Source: Dicyema japonicum (lineage: Eukaryota; Animalia; Dicyemida). Taken from it: 64,000 nt of DNA. The notes under the pieces are model-generated. The model ran no database searches. It had not been told where the DNA came from and worked only from the letters and a program-made list of their open reading frames with translations. Positions 1 to 13,718 of this stretch are shown here, in pieces; position 1 is the first letter of the stretch; the number at the start of each line of letters is the position of its first letter. The translations under genes were made by a program, and so were the position numbers. The DNA lies in the NCBI GenBank assembly GCA_011109175.1, contig RDEW01000048.1, positions 352,137 through 416,136 on the forward strand, written 5' to 3'.

Positions 1-791
1 AATTCAAAACATCGTCTTGATTCCTTTATGAGACAATCATGTTCTCTAAAGTTTTCCTGATTACCAGTAAATGAATGATCCCAACGAATGTGATGTTGCA
101 TAGCCATCACATGTAAGTACTACTTGGAGGGACAATTTTGACCTTCCCATGATCCTGGAGAGATAGTCGCATTTCCAAGCTTTTAATACCCCGCTTACTG
201 TAGATTTTTAATAAATAAAAAGCATATATTCCACTTTCAAAAACAAAATTTAATGTTATTTGACTAATAATGACACAGGTACAATTAATAATATTATTAG
301 TCAACCTTCTATAATTAATAATCATAATACTCCACCCACCTGTCACAGATATGACTAATCCTCTTCACAACCATCTCTTTAGCGTTTTTATGTATCTTCC
401 GGGGAGGTCAACATTTGGAAATAAGATCCTTATTGGATAATGCTTCCTAATTACGATTCACACTTGCACTGGATGGAGGACCTCTATTTTGGCAAGTTCA
501 GTTCTGACTATCTCCAGGCGGTAGAGATGCAAATTGGGATTATCTCGTCGCAAGCAAAATCAATATCGTCCGTGTATATTAATTTTCACTTGTTCTGACT
601 TTAACATCACTTCAACATAAATAAAAAATAAAATGAGTCTCCTTGGAGAATTAATAGTAACCACAAACAAATTTGTTAATAGTTCAAATAGCATCAAATA
701 TTCATGGAAAACTCGTTTATTATTAAATTTTTAATAATATTTTAATTTCATATAATAATTGTTATAAATAAAATTTAAATTTAAACTAAAA

Positions 792-3700
792 ATGTCTTTG
801 ATAATGAAAACCGCCCTTTCAAGAATATCCCGTCTTCACTTTCGATATCGCAGTACATCTTTACGCCCCCAAGATATTACAGTTGGGGTACCAGCTGAGA
901 CTGAATTAAATGAACTGTATTGCAGTATTATCATTATAGTCGAGTAGCACTCAGTCCACAAGGCGTCTCTGATTTAATAAAAGCCGGATTTAAATTGCAA
1001 ATACAGAAGGGTGCTGGCTTAGGGGCCAATTACACTGACGAAGACTACTCCAGTTCTGGGGCATTGATTGTTACCAGCCCACGTGATGCATTCCAGTCAG
1101 ATGTGGTACTCAAAGTGAGATCATTTATAAGTAATTATTAGGTGAGACCTCCCACTCTTTCAGAAGTGGAGTTGTATAAGACAGGAGGACTATCAGTCTC
1201 ATTTTTGAGTCCATCAGTACACAAATCAACAATAAATGCAATGATGAATAAACACGTGACTGTTATGTCGATGGATATGATCCCTCGAATCAGTCGGGCT
1301 CAGGTTGTGAACTTGATTGACCCAGGCATTCGACGCACTGAGTTCAATGGCCAACATTGCTGGATATAAGGCTGTTTTGGAGGCAGCCAACAAATTCGGG
1401 AGATTTATGCCGGGACAAATGACAGCAGCAGGGAACATATCCCCAGCCCACGTGTTAGTGATTGGTGGGGGAGTGGCTGGACTGTCGGCCATTGGAGCAG
1501 CTAAACGAATGGGTGCTGTGGTGAAGGCATTTGACACTCGTTCGGCTGTGAGAGAACAAGTTGAGAGTTTGGGGGCTCAGTTCTTAGAAGTTAAATTGGG
1601 GGTTAATGAGAGAGTTATTATAATAGGAGGAGGGAGAGGGAAGTGGGGGATATGCTAGGGAAATGTCCCCTGAGTTTATTAAGGCTGAGATGGAATTGTT
1701 TGCCAAGCAGTGCAAGAATGTGGATATATTGATAACCACAGCTCTAATTCCAGGTAAACCAGCACCAAAACTGATAACACGTGCTATGATTAAGTCTATG
1801 AAGGCTGGGTCTGTCGTGGTGGACCTGGCAGCTGAGAATGGTGGTAATATTGAGACAACATTGCCCGGTGAGTGCTACGTGTTCAATAATGTGGTTCATA
1901 TTGGATATACTGATATGCCTAGTCGTCTCCCACGACAGTCATCATCTCTTTATAGTAATAACATCTCCAAATTCTTTCTTTCTCTACGAAGTATTCACAA
2001 GTCATTATTTGTAGACCAAAATGGGGACTTTGAGGTTGATTTGACCAATGAAGTGACACGTGGAGCAACAGTTGTGCAATCTGTATGACTAATTCATCAC
2101 TATAGGGCAAAATACTACCACCAGTTCCCCCAAAAGTGGTAAAACCATCGCCAAAGAATGTGAAAGAGCAGATTGTAGAGGAACCAAACTACTTGCGGAA
2201 GGCGTTAGTAAATTACTCTGCCCAGTCAGCTGTTCTGAGTAGTCTAATTGGTTAAAATATAAAATAAATGCTTAGGTTTGGGGGTTGTTGCTCCCTCAGC
2301 CTCATTTGCACAGATGTTGTCGACATTCTCATTGGGAGGAGTAGTTGGATACTACACAGTCTGGGGAGTTAGTCCATCTCTACATTCTCCCCTAATATCC
2401 GTGACTAATGCAGTGTCAGGAGTGACTGCTGTAGGTGGAATGCTGTTGATGGGTGGGGGATATCTCCCATGTACGTTACCACAGTCGTTGGGAACAGCTG
2501 CTGTGTTTATATCAGCAATCAACATTGGAGGAGGATTTGTTGTCACCAAGAGAATGCTTGAAATGTTCAAAGGACGTGACAACTACAGTTATATGACTGG
2601 TCTGCCTCTTTTGACTCTTCTTGGGGGATACTCTGCCTCCAAGCTGTTGTTGGATGTCCCATACTTGGATAGTGTTGGCTACCTCTGTGCCTCACTTTGT
2701 TGTATTGGTGCTGTCAGTGGATTGGCCTCACAGAAAACAGCACAAATTGGTAATTCACTGGGAATTGTTGGGGTTACTACAAGTCTGGGGATTACTTTGG
2801 GGGTCATTCAACCTCATCTTCCATTACTATCACAAATACTTACGACTACTGCATTGGGTAGACCACGTGGATTATTATAGGGACTGCTGTCGGAATGAGA
2901 ATAGCAAAAAGACTGGAAGTGACCCAATTACCACAAACAGTTGCACTCTTCCATAGGTGAGACTCCTATTCATTCTAGTTTGGTTGGGGCTGCTGCTGTG
3001 CTCACATGTGCTGCTAGTTTTATGGACACTCATGATGGTGATCTTTTAGTCAAGACATTCCAACATTTGGGCACGTGTATTGGATCTATCACATTCACTG
3101 GTTCTTTGATTGCCTTTGGCAAACTGCAAGGTTATCTGTTGTTGTGATGTTAGGATTCATTTCTGGTGCCCCATTTTTGTTGCCATACAGAAATACTATT
3201 AATATGACACTACTGCTGTCTGCTTTGGCCACATATGGGGGATTCATGGCTACTGATTCATTGGAGATTGGACTATCCATGATTGGACTGGGAGGACTAC
3301 TGACTGGCATATTAGGGGTAACACTGACATCCGCCATTGGAGGAGCTGACATGCCTGTTGTGATAACTGTCCTTAACAGTTACTCTGGGTGGGCCCTCTG
3401 TGCTGAGGGATTCATGCTCAACAACCCATTAATGACTGTTGTGGGGTCGTTGATTGGTTCATCAGGAGCTATTTTATCCTACATCATGTGTAAGGTAGAA
3501 TTGTACGACTCAGCAGGCAATGAACCGGTCCCTTCCAAATGTGGTACTTGGAGGATATGGGGTCACCAGTAAGACATCTAACACATCATAACGGGCACTC
3601 ATAAGGAAATTGATATTTCATCAATGGCTGATCTAATAACAGGACAATGTAATAACATCATAATTGTCCCCGGCTATGGACTATGTGCTGCTAAGGCTCA

Positions 3701-4157
3701 GTACCCCATTGCTGAGATGACTAAAATTCTCAGAGATAAATACAACAAGAATGTCTGCTTTGGCATTCATCCTGTTGCTGGTAACTTTATAACCAACATG
3801 CTAGGTCGTATGCCTGGACAACTAAACGTTCTTTTAGCTGAGGCAGGTGTTCCCTACGACATTGTGTTGGAGATGGACGAGGTTAACCCAAAAATATCAG
3901 AGTTTGATCTGGCAGTGGTGATTGGGGCTAACGACACGGTGAATTCCGCTGCGGAAGATGATCCCGAGTCTGTGATAGCGGGAATGAGTGTAATCAGAGT
4001 ATGGAAGGCCAACCACGTAGTAATACTTAAACGATCGCTGGGGGTTGGGTATGCTGCAGTAGACAACCCAGTCTTCTTTAATGATAACACCTCTATGCTA
4101 TTGGGAGACGCAAAGGCAACATGTGACGCACTACTGTCTAAGATTACTGATAAATAA
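792..4157 (+). CDS. NNT: Mitochondrial NAD(P) transhydrogenase (alpha-beta fused), about 12 introns of 22-27 nt
   Basis: The spliced translation gives [96 protein letters not shown] and MLLGDAK, with an Arg/Ser-rich N-terminal presequence. Example introns: 917-939, 1115-1141, 1304-1325, 1602-1626. One apparent 1-nt deletion near 3582. Confidence 0.96.
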
Positions 4158-4244
4158 TAACAAATTAACAAATAATGTTTCTTTCAATGAGTGACTGGTA
4201 CCACTTATCCTTGTCTGTTATCCCACATGGGTTGTATTCTTACG

Positions 4245-4922
4245 TTAATATAATAATTTACCTTTTGCTGTTAAGGCACCACGTCGGGCGTACAGGTCTG
4301 CAGTCTCGTTTCCTTTTATGCCATTGTGGGCAACCACGTGCTTCCATTTAATGTCCACTGTCTTTATAACTTGACTGAGGAATGTGATGAGGTCCTTGTT
4401 ACGGACATCAGATCCAGCAGAATTGATCCATCCATTAGTCTTCCACGTGTGAATCCAATTAGTAACGGAAGAGATGACATATTTACTATCAGTTATTAAC
4501 AGAATCGGTCCCAGTAGTTTTCTTCTTGCAATTTCTACGGCCAAACAAGCAGCTTCTATTTCCGCCTGGTTGTTTGTGTTAAAATTGGAGGGACCACTGA
4601 AGCTGAGTGAGTCATCGTGTGGGAAATAAACCCCAATCCCAGAGTCACTCTTAACAGCACCATTATTGAGGGAAGATCCGTCGACGTAAATATGAATTCT
4701 GTTAGGGAATTGGTCCCTGGTTTGTTTGGTGAACTGTTCATCAGTTATTCCAGGTTTGCACGTGGTATTAGCTGTATCATTATGCATGAATCTTTTTGCA
4801 GATTCTAGATCCTTAAATCTTTTGAAGGACGCATTTGAGTAGTTCTTAACATTAGCTTGACAAATAGCCCACGTGGAATATATTCCTGGTTTACGTCCAG
4901 TTCGTACAGCATAGTAAGGCAT
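4245..4922 (-). CDS. RNASEH1: Ribonuclease H1 (hybrid-binding domain plus RNase H), intronless
   Basis: 225-aa ORF with YYAVRTGRKPGIYSTW, YVDGS, NNQAEI, TDSKY, WKTNGW, VRNKDL, KHVVAH and GNETAD. Confidence 0.92.
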   Translation of the reverse strand: MPYYAVRTGRKPGIYSTWAICQANVKNYSNASFKRFKDLESAKRFMHNDTANTTCKPGITDEQFTKQTRDQFPNRIHIYVDGSSLNNGAVKSDSGIGVYFPHDDSLSFSGPSNFNTNNQAEIEAACLAVEIARRKLLGPILLITDSKYVISSVTNWIHTWKTNGWINSAGSDVRNKDLITFLSQVIKTVDIKWKHVVAHNGIKGNETADLYARRGALTAKGKLLY

Positions 4923-5399
4923 TAATAATAGCCGGGAAATAATTAATAAATGATAACGTAAAGCTAATATTTTAAGTTTAAATTAATAATAATTAATTAT
5001 ACACTTAATTAAAAAATATTTAGTATTATGGACGGGGATAATTATATTTGTTCCGAATCTATTACATCTGATGATTTTTCTTCCTGTAGTACTTCCATCA
5101 TATTTGTATATTCCATCGACTTCTCTATGCTTAGTAAGTACCTTTTCAATTGAACATATTATTCTATGCCGAGATTTCAATGCCCTGCTCCTACGTGTTT
5201 ATACGATCTAGGTATGCCTGAACTCGGCGGCTACCATTAGGATGTGTTCCCAAAGGCGATGATAGAATATTCTGCATATGACAGGATTAGTGTGTTGGGA
5301 TTGTATATCTGAAGATTTCCTAAAGTAATAAATTAAACAACATCAAAGAAATCGGGGAGCCTTATGAGACTCCATTGGTAGTAATTACGATCTGTTATT

Positions 5400-5900
5400 T
5401 CCAAAGAATATTCTCTGACGACGTCCAGACAGGAAATTTTCTATTCATAAATCTTTTGTATTAGTCATCGAGACAGACGAACATGGATCTAAACTATCCC
5501 AGTACGCATATGTGACCTTAAACAGTCAATATTAAATTAAGATAAAGTTTACAAGTGCTTAGTGGTAGATCTTCACATTAGATCACTATGTTGGAAAGAT
5601 CGCCCAAGTTAGGGATAATCGTCATAGAAACCGATTATTGATCAAAAACACCAAGAATTAATTTGAGTGTAATCAGACATTATGAGAAGGGGTCATTCTT
5701 GGATTTTCTGAGTTTTAGAGAAGGGATAATAACTGAATTCTCATAAATGTTAGGGAGGGTTTGTATATTCACCGAGTAGTTGTATATGTGTGTCAGCGTT
5801 TCAGATGACTTGAAGACAATCCATCGGAACCACAAGTACGGGAGTTCCATATGGAGCTGATGATCTTCCACAATTGTTCAGCAAAGAAAAATAGCGTGTT
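5400..5900 (-). mobile_element. Degenerate Jockey/I-like LINE fragment (RT N-terminal region)
   Basis: IIPSLKLRKSKNDPFS resembles the pre-RT PILK...DP.SYRPI motif; stops and frameshifts. Confidence 0.5.
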
Positions 5901-6129
5901 AAGGTTCGGTCAGAATAAGCAAGTGTCGATTCTGAATACTTTGGGTGATTTTGTAACTTACATTAATTTATCTGTTAGCAAGTTTATCTATTCTGTATTG
6001 GAGAAGTTGCACCATCCTCATCTTCAAGAAGTGTCTGATCCGTTTAAGAATCTTCCAGGAGTTGACTCTTGTGATTAGGCATTTAATTATGCGACTCCAT
6101 TTTGTTTATTTTGTAGTCAAAGAAAATTT

Positions 6130-6970
6130 AGTTATGACATAATTATATTTATTTGAAATTAAAAATCACCTACAAATAAACGGGAATAAGTGGCTGTCAG
6201 GTGATCCCGCATCCTTATGCAGTCGAAGAAATGATGTTGCTGATATGCTTTCTAAATTTCATAAGGGGTCGTATGTGATCCCAGTATTTTGACAGAGTTC
6301 GTGGAGGGAATTGACATTCAATTAAGGGTAAAAAAGGTGCCAAATTTGTTAGTCTTCCATTTGAAGTAAAAACCGTTGTGGTAGACTTTTCAGGAATTGT
6401 GTGTAACAGGTTCCTCATAAGCCAACAGCTCAGGTTGTCCAATCAATCTTGTAAGCGGTTTCCGTGTAAATACATTAATCTCTTGTTTCCAAGATTTAAT
6501 AAGCGAGGATCAAAGTGATGTTGTTTCTATAGGAAGGCATACCGCTCATAAAGAGGTTGAAGAAAATGGTGACAGTGGGGATCCCTGTTGGACCCAAATG
6601 TTAAGAATTTAGAGACAGAAAATGTGGAATGTGAAATCACTCTTCCTTATCGTCCATTGAGGAAGTTTGAAAGCCAAATTTTCAAATTGTTTGAAATGTT
6701 AGAGCCATAAATCTTCCTAGTTAGTAATTTCCTCGGAATCGTGTCAAAAGTCTTCTGTACGTTAATGGAACACATAAGGGTCTTTTCATACAGAGGTTTG
6801 CATTGTAGGCCCTCCTTGATGAATTTCGTTACGCATGTAAGTTGATTAGTTGCTGAGTGACCCTTCTTAAAACCATGTTGGCAGGATACGTCCGAAAGGT
6901 AAGGTTTAATCTGACCGAGAATGAGTTTTTCTAGAATTTGTGGTAAAGGTATAATAGAAATGTCTAGTAT
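6130..6970 (-). mobile_element. Jockey/I-like LINE RT fragment with 3' end
   Basis: QHGFKKGHSATNQL, INVQKTFDTIP, WLSNFLNGR, thumb-region remnants, and a GGGATCACCTGA ORF end. 6230-6450 is about 80% similar to 26230-26455. Confidence 0.75.
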
Positions 6971-6971
6971 T

Positions 6972-7200
6972 TCCTTTATTATTACCCCCGGGATCACTCG
7001 GTCAAAGAAAAAGAAATAAAAGTTCTCAAATAACAGTGACCCCACCCCCTCCGACAAGGAAGAAGACGAGTCCGGCGGGGTCGAGAATCCTGTACAGCTC
7101 TTCTCATTGTTCTTTATAAGGAATTTTGGTTCGACACATAGCTGTCTTTTGTATATGGTAAACAGCGTGACAGAAGGTAATGGAAATAGTAGACAATTCT
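6972..7200 (-). mobile_element. Internally deleted LINE 3' end with TAA tail (same family as 10800-11055 and 12483-13560)
   Basis: Matches 12850-12920 joined directly to 12490-12620; ends GGGGG-TAATAATAA on the minus strand. Confidence 0.75.
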
Positions 7201-7311
7201 ATTATACCTCATCAAAAAGTATTTCCATTAAAATTATGAGAAAAATTTATAATAAAAGTTACAAATTAATATAAGAAATGAATTTTATATAATAATTAAT
7301 TTAAATATTTC

Positions 7312-8325
7312 ATGGAGCACGATGATTGTGGTGGTTACTTTATAATTATTAGCAAAGATGAAATAAAAGATAATATAAACATTTTGAAGACTCAGTATGA
7401 CAACACTCGAAATAAAACACGAAAAAGAGAATTATTCAAACAAATACAGCAAATAAAGCGAACCAACAAACTTAAAAGTCGACACTCAAAGAACAAATCA
7501 TCGAAGAAGACGCCAATCACAATAGAAAACAGTCGTCCATCAGATCCAACTACAGTCATCTCACAGGATACTGAGGTTGTGTCCTATAAATTAGATAGAC
7601 AAGAGCTGACTTAGACTGTGACGAACTGTCGTCTTACTTTGAGGGGTCAGTAACTCCCAAAGTGATAATAACAACCCAACGTAAAAAAGTGGAGAGAGTG
7701 TCCCCCTTCTGTGAGGAATTGGGTCGACTAATCCCCAACTCGCTTGTATTGGTGAGGAGACGGATGGATATTGGTAATCTGACAGAGCAGGCCATAGCCA
7801 ATGATTTACAGCAATAATAGTGGTTAATCAAGACAGAAAAGTGCCCAGTTAGTGTGTATTTTAATTATTAGACGGAATGATAATATCCCATCTACCAGAG
7901 GGTCCCACAGCCAAGTTCAGACTGTCGGGGGTTAAACTGAGGAGTGGTATAAAGAATAGAGCAAAGATGAGTAGTGGATATCCAGAGATACTGTTATCTA
8001 ACTTTACAACACGATTGGGGACTAGTATAGCACGTGTGTTGGGTGCTGTGTTTAACCAATCTCCTGATTTCCGTAAGCGTAGAGTGGTGACTTGGAGGAA
8101 TCAGAGGGATTTTATATTCTTTAGACAGCACAGGTGGTTGTGTGTTGTGATTGTAGATATATGTTTGTTAGTAAAGACAGAGTGGCCTTACAGGAAGTGG
8201 GACCTCAGTTTACCTTAAAACTATGTTCATTACAGAAGGGTGTGTTTGGTGACCCTAAGGAATATATTTGGATATATAAAAGACATGAAATGGAGACTGC
8301 ACATAGAAAACGATTTTATTTGTAA
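7312..8325 (+). CDS. RPF1: Ribosome production factor 1 (Brix domain)
   Basis: [63 protein letters not shown] and a C-terminal RKRFYL; 3 tiny introns; apparent 1-nt deletion at about 7806. Confidence 0.9.
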
Positions 8326-8479
8326 TATGTACATGATTTATATGTTTTGTAACGGTGATTGTCTTTTAGGTAATTTAATTGTCACATCCTATAGACGTGT
8401 CCATTATTTATATATACACCCCACAAAACATAACATTTTTATTCAATAGTTTGGGGATTATTAAAATTCTTGATTCTTT

Positions 8480-9300
8480 TGCAGTTTTATCCCCTCTAGC
8501 TTCAAAGTCTCATCTGAACGTATGTATCATCCATTTTGGTCCTCAGATAAAACTCTCGATCCGTTCCACTACAACACTCATTACTGAATTAATCAGCGCT
8601 TCCTACTCTTCTTCTAGTGCTTCTTCACCTCTTTTACGAAGGGCCAGCTTGATTCCCATCCTCCACGTCTTATCCAGAAGATCGATTATTGTCTCTTTCT
8701 TGGGCGAAAAATATCATCCTCCAGATCTGTAGATGAGAGAGGTGAGAATAATTCCTTCAAAAATAAAGATAAACGTCTCCTTCAAATCGAGTTTCCATAG
8801 ACACAGAAGTGATTGGTAAGCCTTTTTTTCCCATTTTGGCACCTTCAACATAATCCCCTTAAAACAGACACTCAAATAACCCAACATTGCTGATACCACT
8901 CACTCCTACTTTGAGACTTTCTCCAAATAGACAATCTGGGCCCACCTATAGTTTTAACTATATCCATTCCAAGAGCTTATTTCTGCACTTAATAATGGTT
9001 TGTTTCACCTCTTCCTTAGTAATAATAACCATGTCCCAACGTGCTCGTCCAGGATTTTCATACTCTAAAGAGATTTTTCGGGCACCAGATCCTTAGGATC
9101 AATCCCTTGAATTCTCTCGAACTGCTCCCGAAAAGAACATAAATGGAAAAATAATTAGGAACATCGGCTTTAGTGATAACACTACAATTGGACCTTTTCA
9201 AAGTAACAACGTCTGATTTAAATCCAGGAACTACAAGCCTCCGACAAGACTTCCAGAATGTTGGGCTATTGTTACCCAACCTTCCTGTCTCAGTCCTCCA
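8480..9300 (-). CDS. Possible multi-exon hypothetical protein, convergent with RPF1
   Basis: Gene-like base composition, short open segments and plausible tiny GT-AG introns. No family recognised and the exon structure is unresolved. Confidence 0.25.
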
Positions 9301-10101
9301 TTTTTATTGACTTTTTTAAATAAGAAATCTATAATCCTCTGAGTAACTCGTATTCTTCTGTTTAGAAATCCTCGATCCACACAATCCAGACACCTTCTTA
9401 GTTTTGCCTGAATGCGATTTCGTTCTGAAATTTCCAGTTTGATATGGTAGGGACAGAGAAAACAAATTTAGCAAAAATATTTAGATACTCCACCATTGCA
9501 ATCACAATATTTGCGCTTAGTCCACATCACCTTCCAACATAACGTCGATGAAAAACATATCCGTCATGAAAGTCCTGTAATGACTCCAATTGACATAATC
9601 AAATTTCATAAAACCCCCGCAATACAAGGCCGACTTTAAATTAACATACAAGACTTGAAGAATGGTCGCCTCCGATATTTCATCCACATGCGCAATAGGA
9701 GGTGAAGAGACCAGAAAAGGAGTTTATCACAACCAGTGTATAAATAATGATTTGGTTTTTTGGATGTCAAAACCTCGAAGCCAAGAGAGTTAGATCAATG
9801 CCTCAAGCTTCGTCCATCTTTATTTGTTGAATCACACCCAAAAGCACATGTTTAGAATTAAGATCTCCAAGCCAAGTAGATTTCGGGCCACTTCACAAAT
9901 AAGAAAGTTATATAATAAAGCCATTCCTTAAATTATCATGTCCCTATTACAGCACTCAGAACAAATATACATAAACTTTATGATCTCCATTGAATTACAG
10001 AAAACATTTTTAAACAAATAATTATTGATTAAAGTAAAGAGAAAATAATATTAAATAAATTTTTTTTTATACAAAAATTTTTTTTAACAATTAAACAAAT
10101 G

Positions 10102-10230
10102 TCAGTTGAGGAAGCCTGCTGCGTGGATTGCGAACGAGTTCCCTCGGAGTATAGCTATTCCAATCTTTTGTCTTAGCCATAACCCTTCTCGTTGATCCCT
10201 TTTCTTTCTGGTATTAAATAAATTGTGAAA
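10102..10230 (-). mobile_element. CRE-like RLE retrotransposon C-terminus
   Basis: RDQREGLWLRQKIGIAILRGNSFAI-stop, followed by an A/T-rich tail. Confidence 0.55.
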
Positions 10231-10799
10231 TCAGTTATTCAGTGCATTCGAATGTTATAACTAGGGCAAACATTTTTTAAATTTAAAATTAAAAAATTTA
10301 ACTTTACTCTCAATTTAAACTTGTAAAATATAGATACGATAGAACAATAAAAGACAAATGATTTTAAAAGACTATTTATTGAAAATGGACACTACGTAAT
10401 TTTCCAGATTTCGTGTACAAAAGTTTCTGTTTGTCCTCAAAAAACTCAGGAGAGACATTTTTACATTCCATATTAATAATTTTAGTTAGGTCGCTTTCCA
10501 AAATTCTCTTCTCCAAATATTGTTTGACCCCTGTTTCATCTTTCCCAAAATCTATTGCACTAAACGTCGAATATGCGTAAGATAAGAACAACCTGGAGTA
10601 TGAGAATAGTTAGGCGAAATAGCGCATAAGTTCTGTACTATTTTTTTCACTTTTTAATGCATTCTTCGTAAAAGTCCTCAATTAACTCAAAAATGTTAAT
10701 CACGGATTAAATTTTTTGAATAAAAAGATGCAGCCTTCAACCAGTTGCCCAATCTCGTCAATACGACTTTGGGAGGAATTCCAACTTCAGAAACAACAA

Positions 10800-11055
10800 T
10801 TTCCGCTTTGGTTCTTCCTAATATAAGCTTGTACGCCTTATTCACCGAGCTGCCCCTTCTATTCAAATACTATCGAATTATCTACAATCATACAGAAATT
10901 TTGAGCCGATGCCATGTCCAATGAGAAGAGCTGTTCAGGATTCTCGACCCCGCCGGACTCGTTCTCATCTTTGTCGGTCTGGGATCACTTAGTTAGATGA
11001 GAACTTTTATTTCTTTCTCTTTGACCCAGTGATCCTGGGGGGTAATAATAATAAT
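10800..11055 (+). mobile_element. 5'-truncated LINE 3' end with (TAA)n tail
   Basis: About 90% identical, inverted, to 12483-12670; GGGATCACTTAG ORF end; GGGGGG(TAA)5 tail. Confidence 0.8.
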
Positions 11056-11559
11056 AATATCACAACATCTACTTCTGGACAAGATTTTCTGACCTACATG
11101 GGCAACGAAATTGAAAAGATTAGGATATAAATTTTAAAAAATTTTCCCAGCTAGATCATAGATGAATTAAAATAATACCGACTGTCATAAACCTTGCAGC
11201 ATAAGAAATAAAAGATCAATGAACAAAGGCATTTATAATTTATTAAGCGGAATGTCACATTTCAAAAGAGCCTTAGTCACCTTAAAATCCCAGTTTCCAA
11301 CTTCAGATTCATTTAATTTTTGTTGACTAAATGTTGTCAAACGAAAAATCTTTACCAACAGAAATTTTATGTTTCTTGGACGACCTGTGAAGGTTGACAA
11401 AGTGCTTTTTAGAGCACTTCACTGTCGTTAAGCATATTTTACAACATAACTCGTGGTTATTATGTAATTGAAATTCTCTTGGAAATTCGTTAACAAGTGA
11501 TCTCCTTGATTAATGCCGACCTGCCATATCCCCTGGTGTAGTTATGGTGGTGTTTAAGT

Positions 11560-12350
11560 ATAGATAGTGATCTCGCATCCAAGATAGTGCAGTTTACATA
11601 AACGACTACTTTGTCCATGGAAGTAGTGCCATCCAGGTACTGCAGTAGGTTGTCAGTAATTGTGCGGTAAAGTCTCCAGTCTGCGCGTTTGTAGTTGAAT
11701 TGTTCTGGGGACCTCCTCCTAGTTAAAGTTTATCTTCAAAAGAATGTCATTGTGGTCGCTTCTTGAATTGTAAGTGACCAAGTCGATAATGCCTCCAGGC
11801 CGTGAGACCAAATCGTGATGTCTGGAGAAGTTAATTAATCTGACTTCCTGAAAGGGGTTCTCGTATGTTTTGACGGGTCATTTATAATCGTGGTAGGTCC
11901 TGTCTGCGATAGTAATACTTTTATTTTTGAATCGGACGGTTGACTTGTCAGCCATAGAGGGTGTTCTGCGTTGATATCTCCACCAATGATCACGTCGTTC
12001 AAGGAAACCAAAGTGGCTAAATTGGGCATAGCGTAATACTTTGGGCAAGAACCAGGTGGGGGAACATAGACGTTCACAAAGGAAATTTTTCCATTTGTTG
12101 TTCCAAATGAGACTGCATTAACTTCAGTAACATTGTCATCTCCCAAGATATTCTTCGCTACTGAAGTGATGTCCACAGATTTAAGGTCTTTCCGATGTAA
12201 AATGAGTAAGCCACCCAGCTTCCTCTCCCGGTAAGTCCGTATTGACTTGCATCCAGGGAACATCGGGGTAGGACTGTTTATAGGCAGTTTTGTCTCTTGA
12301 ATAAAAGCCACATCGATCCTCAGCTCCGTCAAGAGAGAGCACAGTTCCAA
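11560..12350 (-). mobile_element. LINE AP-endonuclease fragment
   Basis: DVAFIQETKL, VNVYVPP, IIGGDINAEHPLW, then SDH-like and DWR-like remnants. Confidence 0.85.
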
Positions 12351-12482
12351 TATTTTGCCCTTTATTTTATTGACATTTAGTTCTAGAACCGTGGTCCGTT
12401 TCTTGCAGTGGACTAGAGGTTTTTTCCAGGTGGATGAAGCTGAAAGCGCGTGCTGCCGGGGAAACAGTATTCTCGGAGGTAA

Positions 12483-13560
12483 ATTATTATTATTACCTCC
12501 AGGATCACTGGGTCAAAGTGAAAGAAATAAAAAGTTCTCATCTAACTAAGTGATCCCAGACCGACAAGGAAGAGGACAAGTCCGGTGGGGGCAAGAATCC
12601 TGAACAGCTCTTCTCATCGGACATGACATCGGCTCAAAATTTCTGTATGATTGTAGATATTTCAATGGTTCAGGTCGGATAAATTGTTCATAAATCGTGG
12701 CAAGGCCACCAGTTTGGTCTCTAAGTGTTTTTGAGAGCACTTTTAAAATTCTCATTTTCCTCAGAACAGAAGTTACTATCAACATGTAGGATGAAGGTGA
12801 GTCCCTGATCAAAGGTGACTCCCAGAATCTTCGGTGTTTTGCTAATAGGAATAGCCTCGTTCTTAATAAGATTTTTGGTTCGACACAGAGCTGTCTTTTG
12901 TAGGTGGTAAACAGCGTGACAGAGGACTTTGTTGATGATGTGTCAAGTCTCCGCTTCGAGAGCCATAGTTCCAGCTTGTCAAGCATTTGTTGAGCGGACT
13001 GGGTCGCTGATTGAATGCTTCTGTCCTTAGAGGAAATAATGATATCGTCGGCATAGAGGAGTAGGCAGTTTTCATTACAAATTTGTAGAATATCGTTTAT
13101 GTAGAGATTGAAAAAGGCTGGCGATAGTGGGGATCCTTGAGGGATTCCATTTGGTATGAGACGGGATTTTGACTTTATGTTATTGCAAATCACTTGTCCA
13201 CGTCTCCCACTTAAGAAGTTGGCAATCCATAGTTTTATGTTTGGGTGGATGCATGTATCGTAATTTTTCTCAGTAAGGAGTTTTCTTGAGACTGTGTCAA
13301 AAGCCTTTGTTATATCAACAGAGACCAAGACTGTTCGTTGGTGTGGTTTAGTAGAATTGAATCCCTCCGCAATGAACTGGCACAGGGACGTTAGGTATGT
13401 TGCTGTGGAGTGTTTAGCCCGGAATTCATGTTGGAAAGGAGAGAGCTGGATGTAGTCTTAGATATTTTCAAGACCTAATCTTTCGAGTATTTGGGAAAGT
13501 GAACATAGGATCGAGATTGGTCTGTAGGAAGAGGGGTCATTTTCGGATTTTCTTGGGAAC
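12483..13560 (-). mobile_element. Jockey/I-like LINE, RT domain to 3' tail
   Basis: YRPISILC, VDITKAFDTV, GIPQGSPLSP, LLYADDI and a (TAA)n tail. Confidence 0.9.
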
Positions 13561-13718
13561 CACATAACAGGACAATAAATAATAATTATCTGTTTCAATT
13601 TAATATGTTTATAGTGTTGTTGATGTAGTAAATGTTAGTTCAATATATGTTTTATAAATATGTAATATTAAATTATAAATTTAAATTGATTAATATAAAT
13701 AATTAAATTTGTGATTCA

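Noticed and set aside
1226-4171. Antisense ORFs over NNT (and similar ones over AlaRS, CFAP57, USP8)
   Set aside because: Shadow frames of real coding exons with no recognisable motifs.
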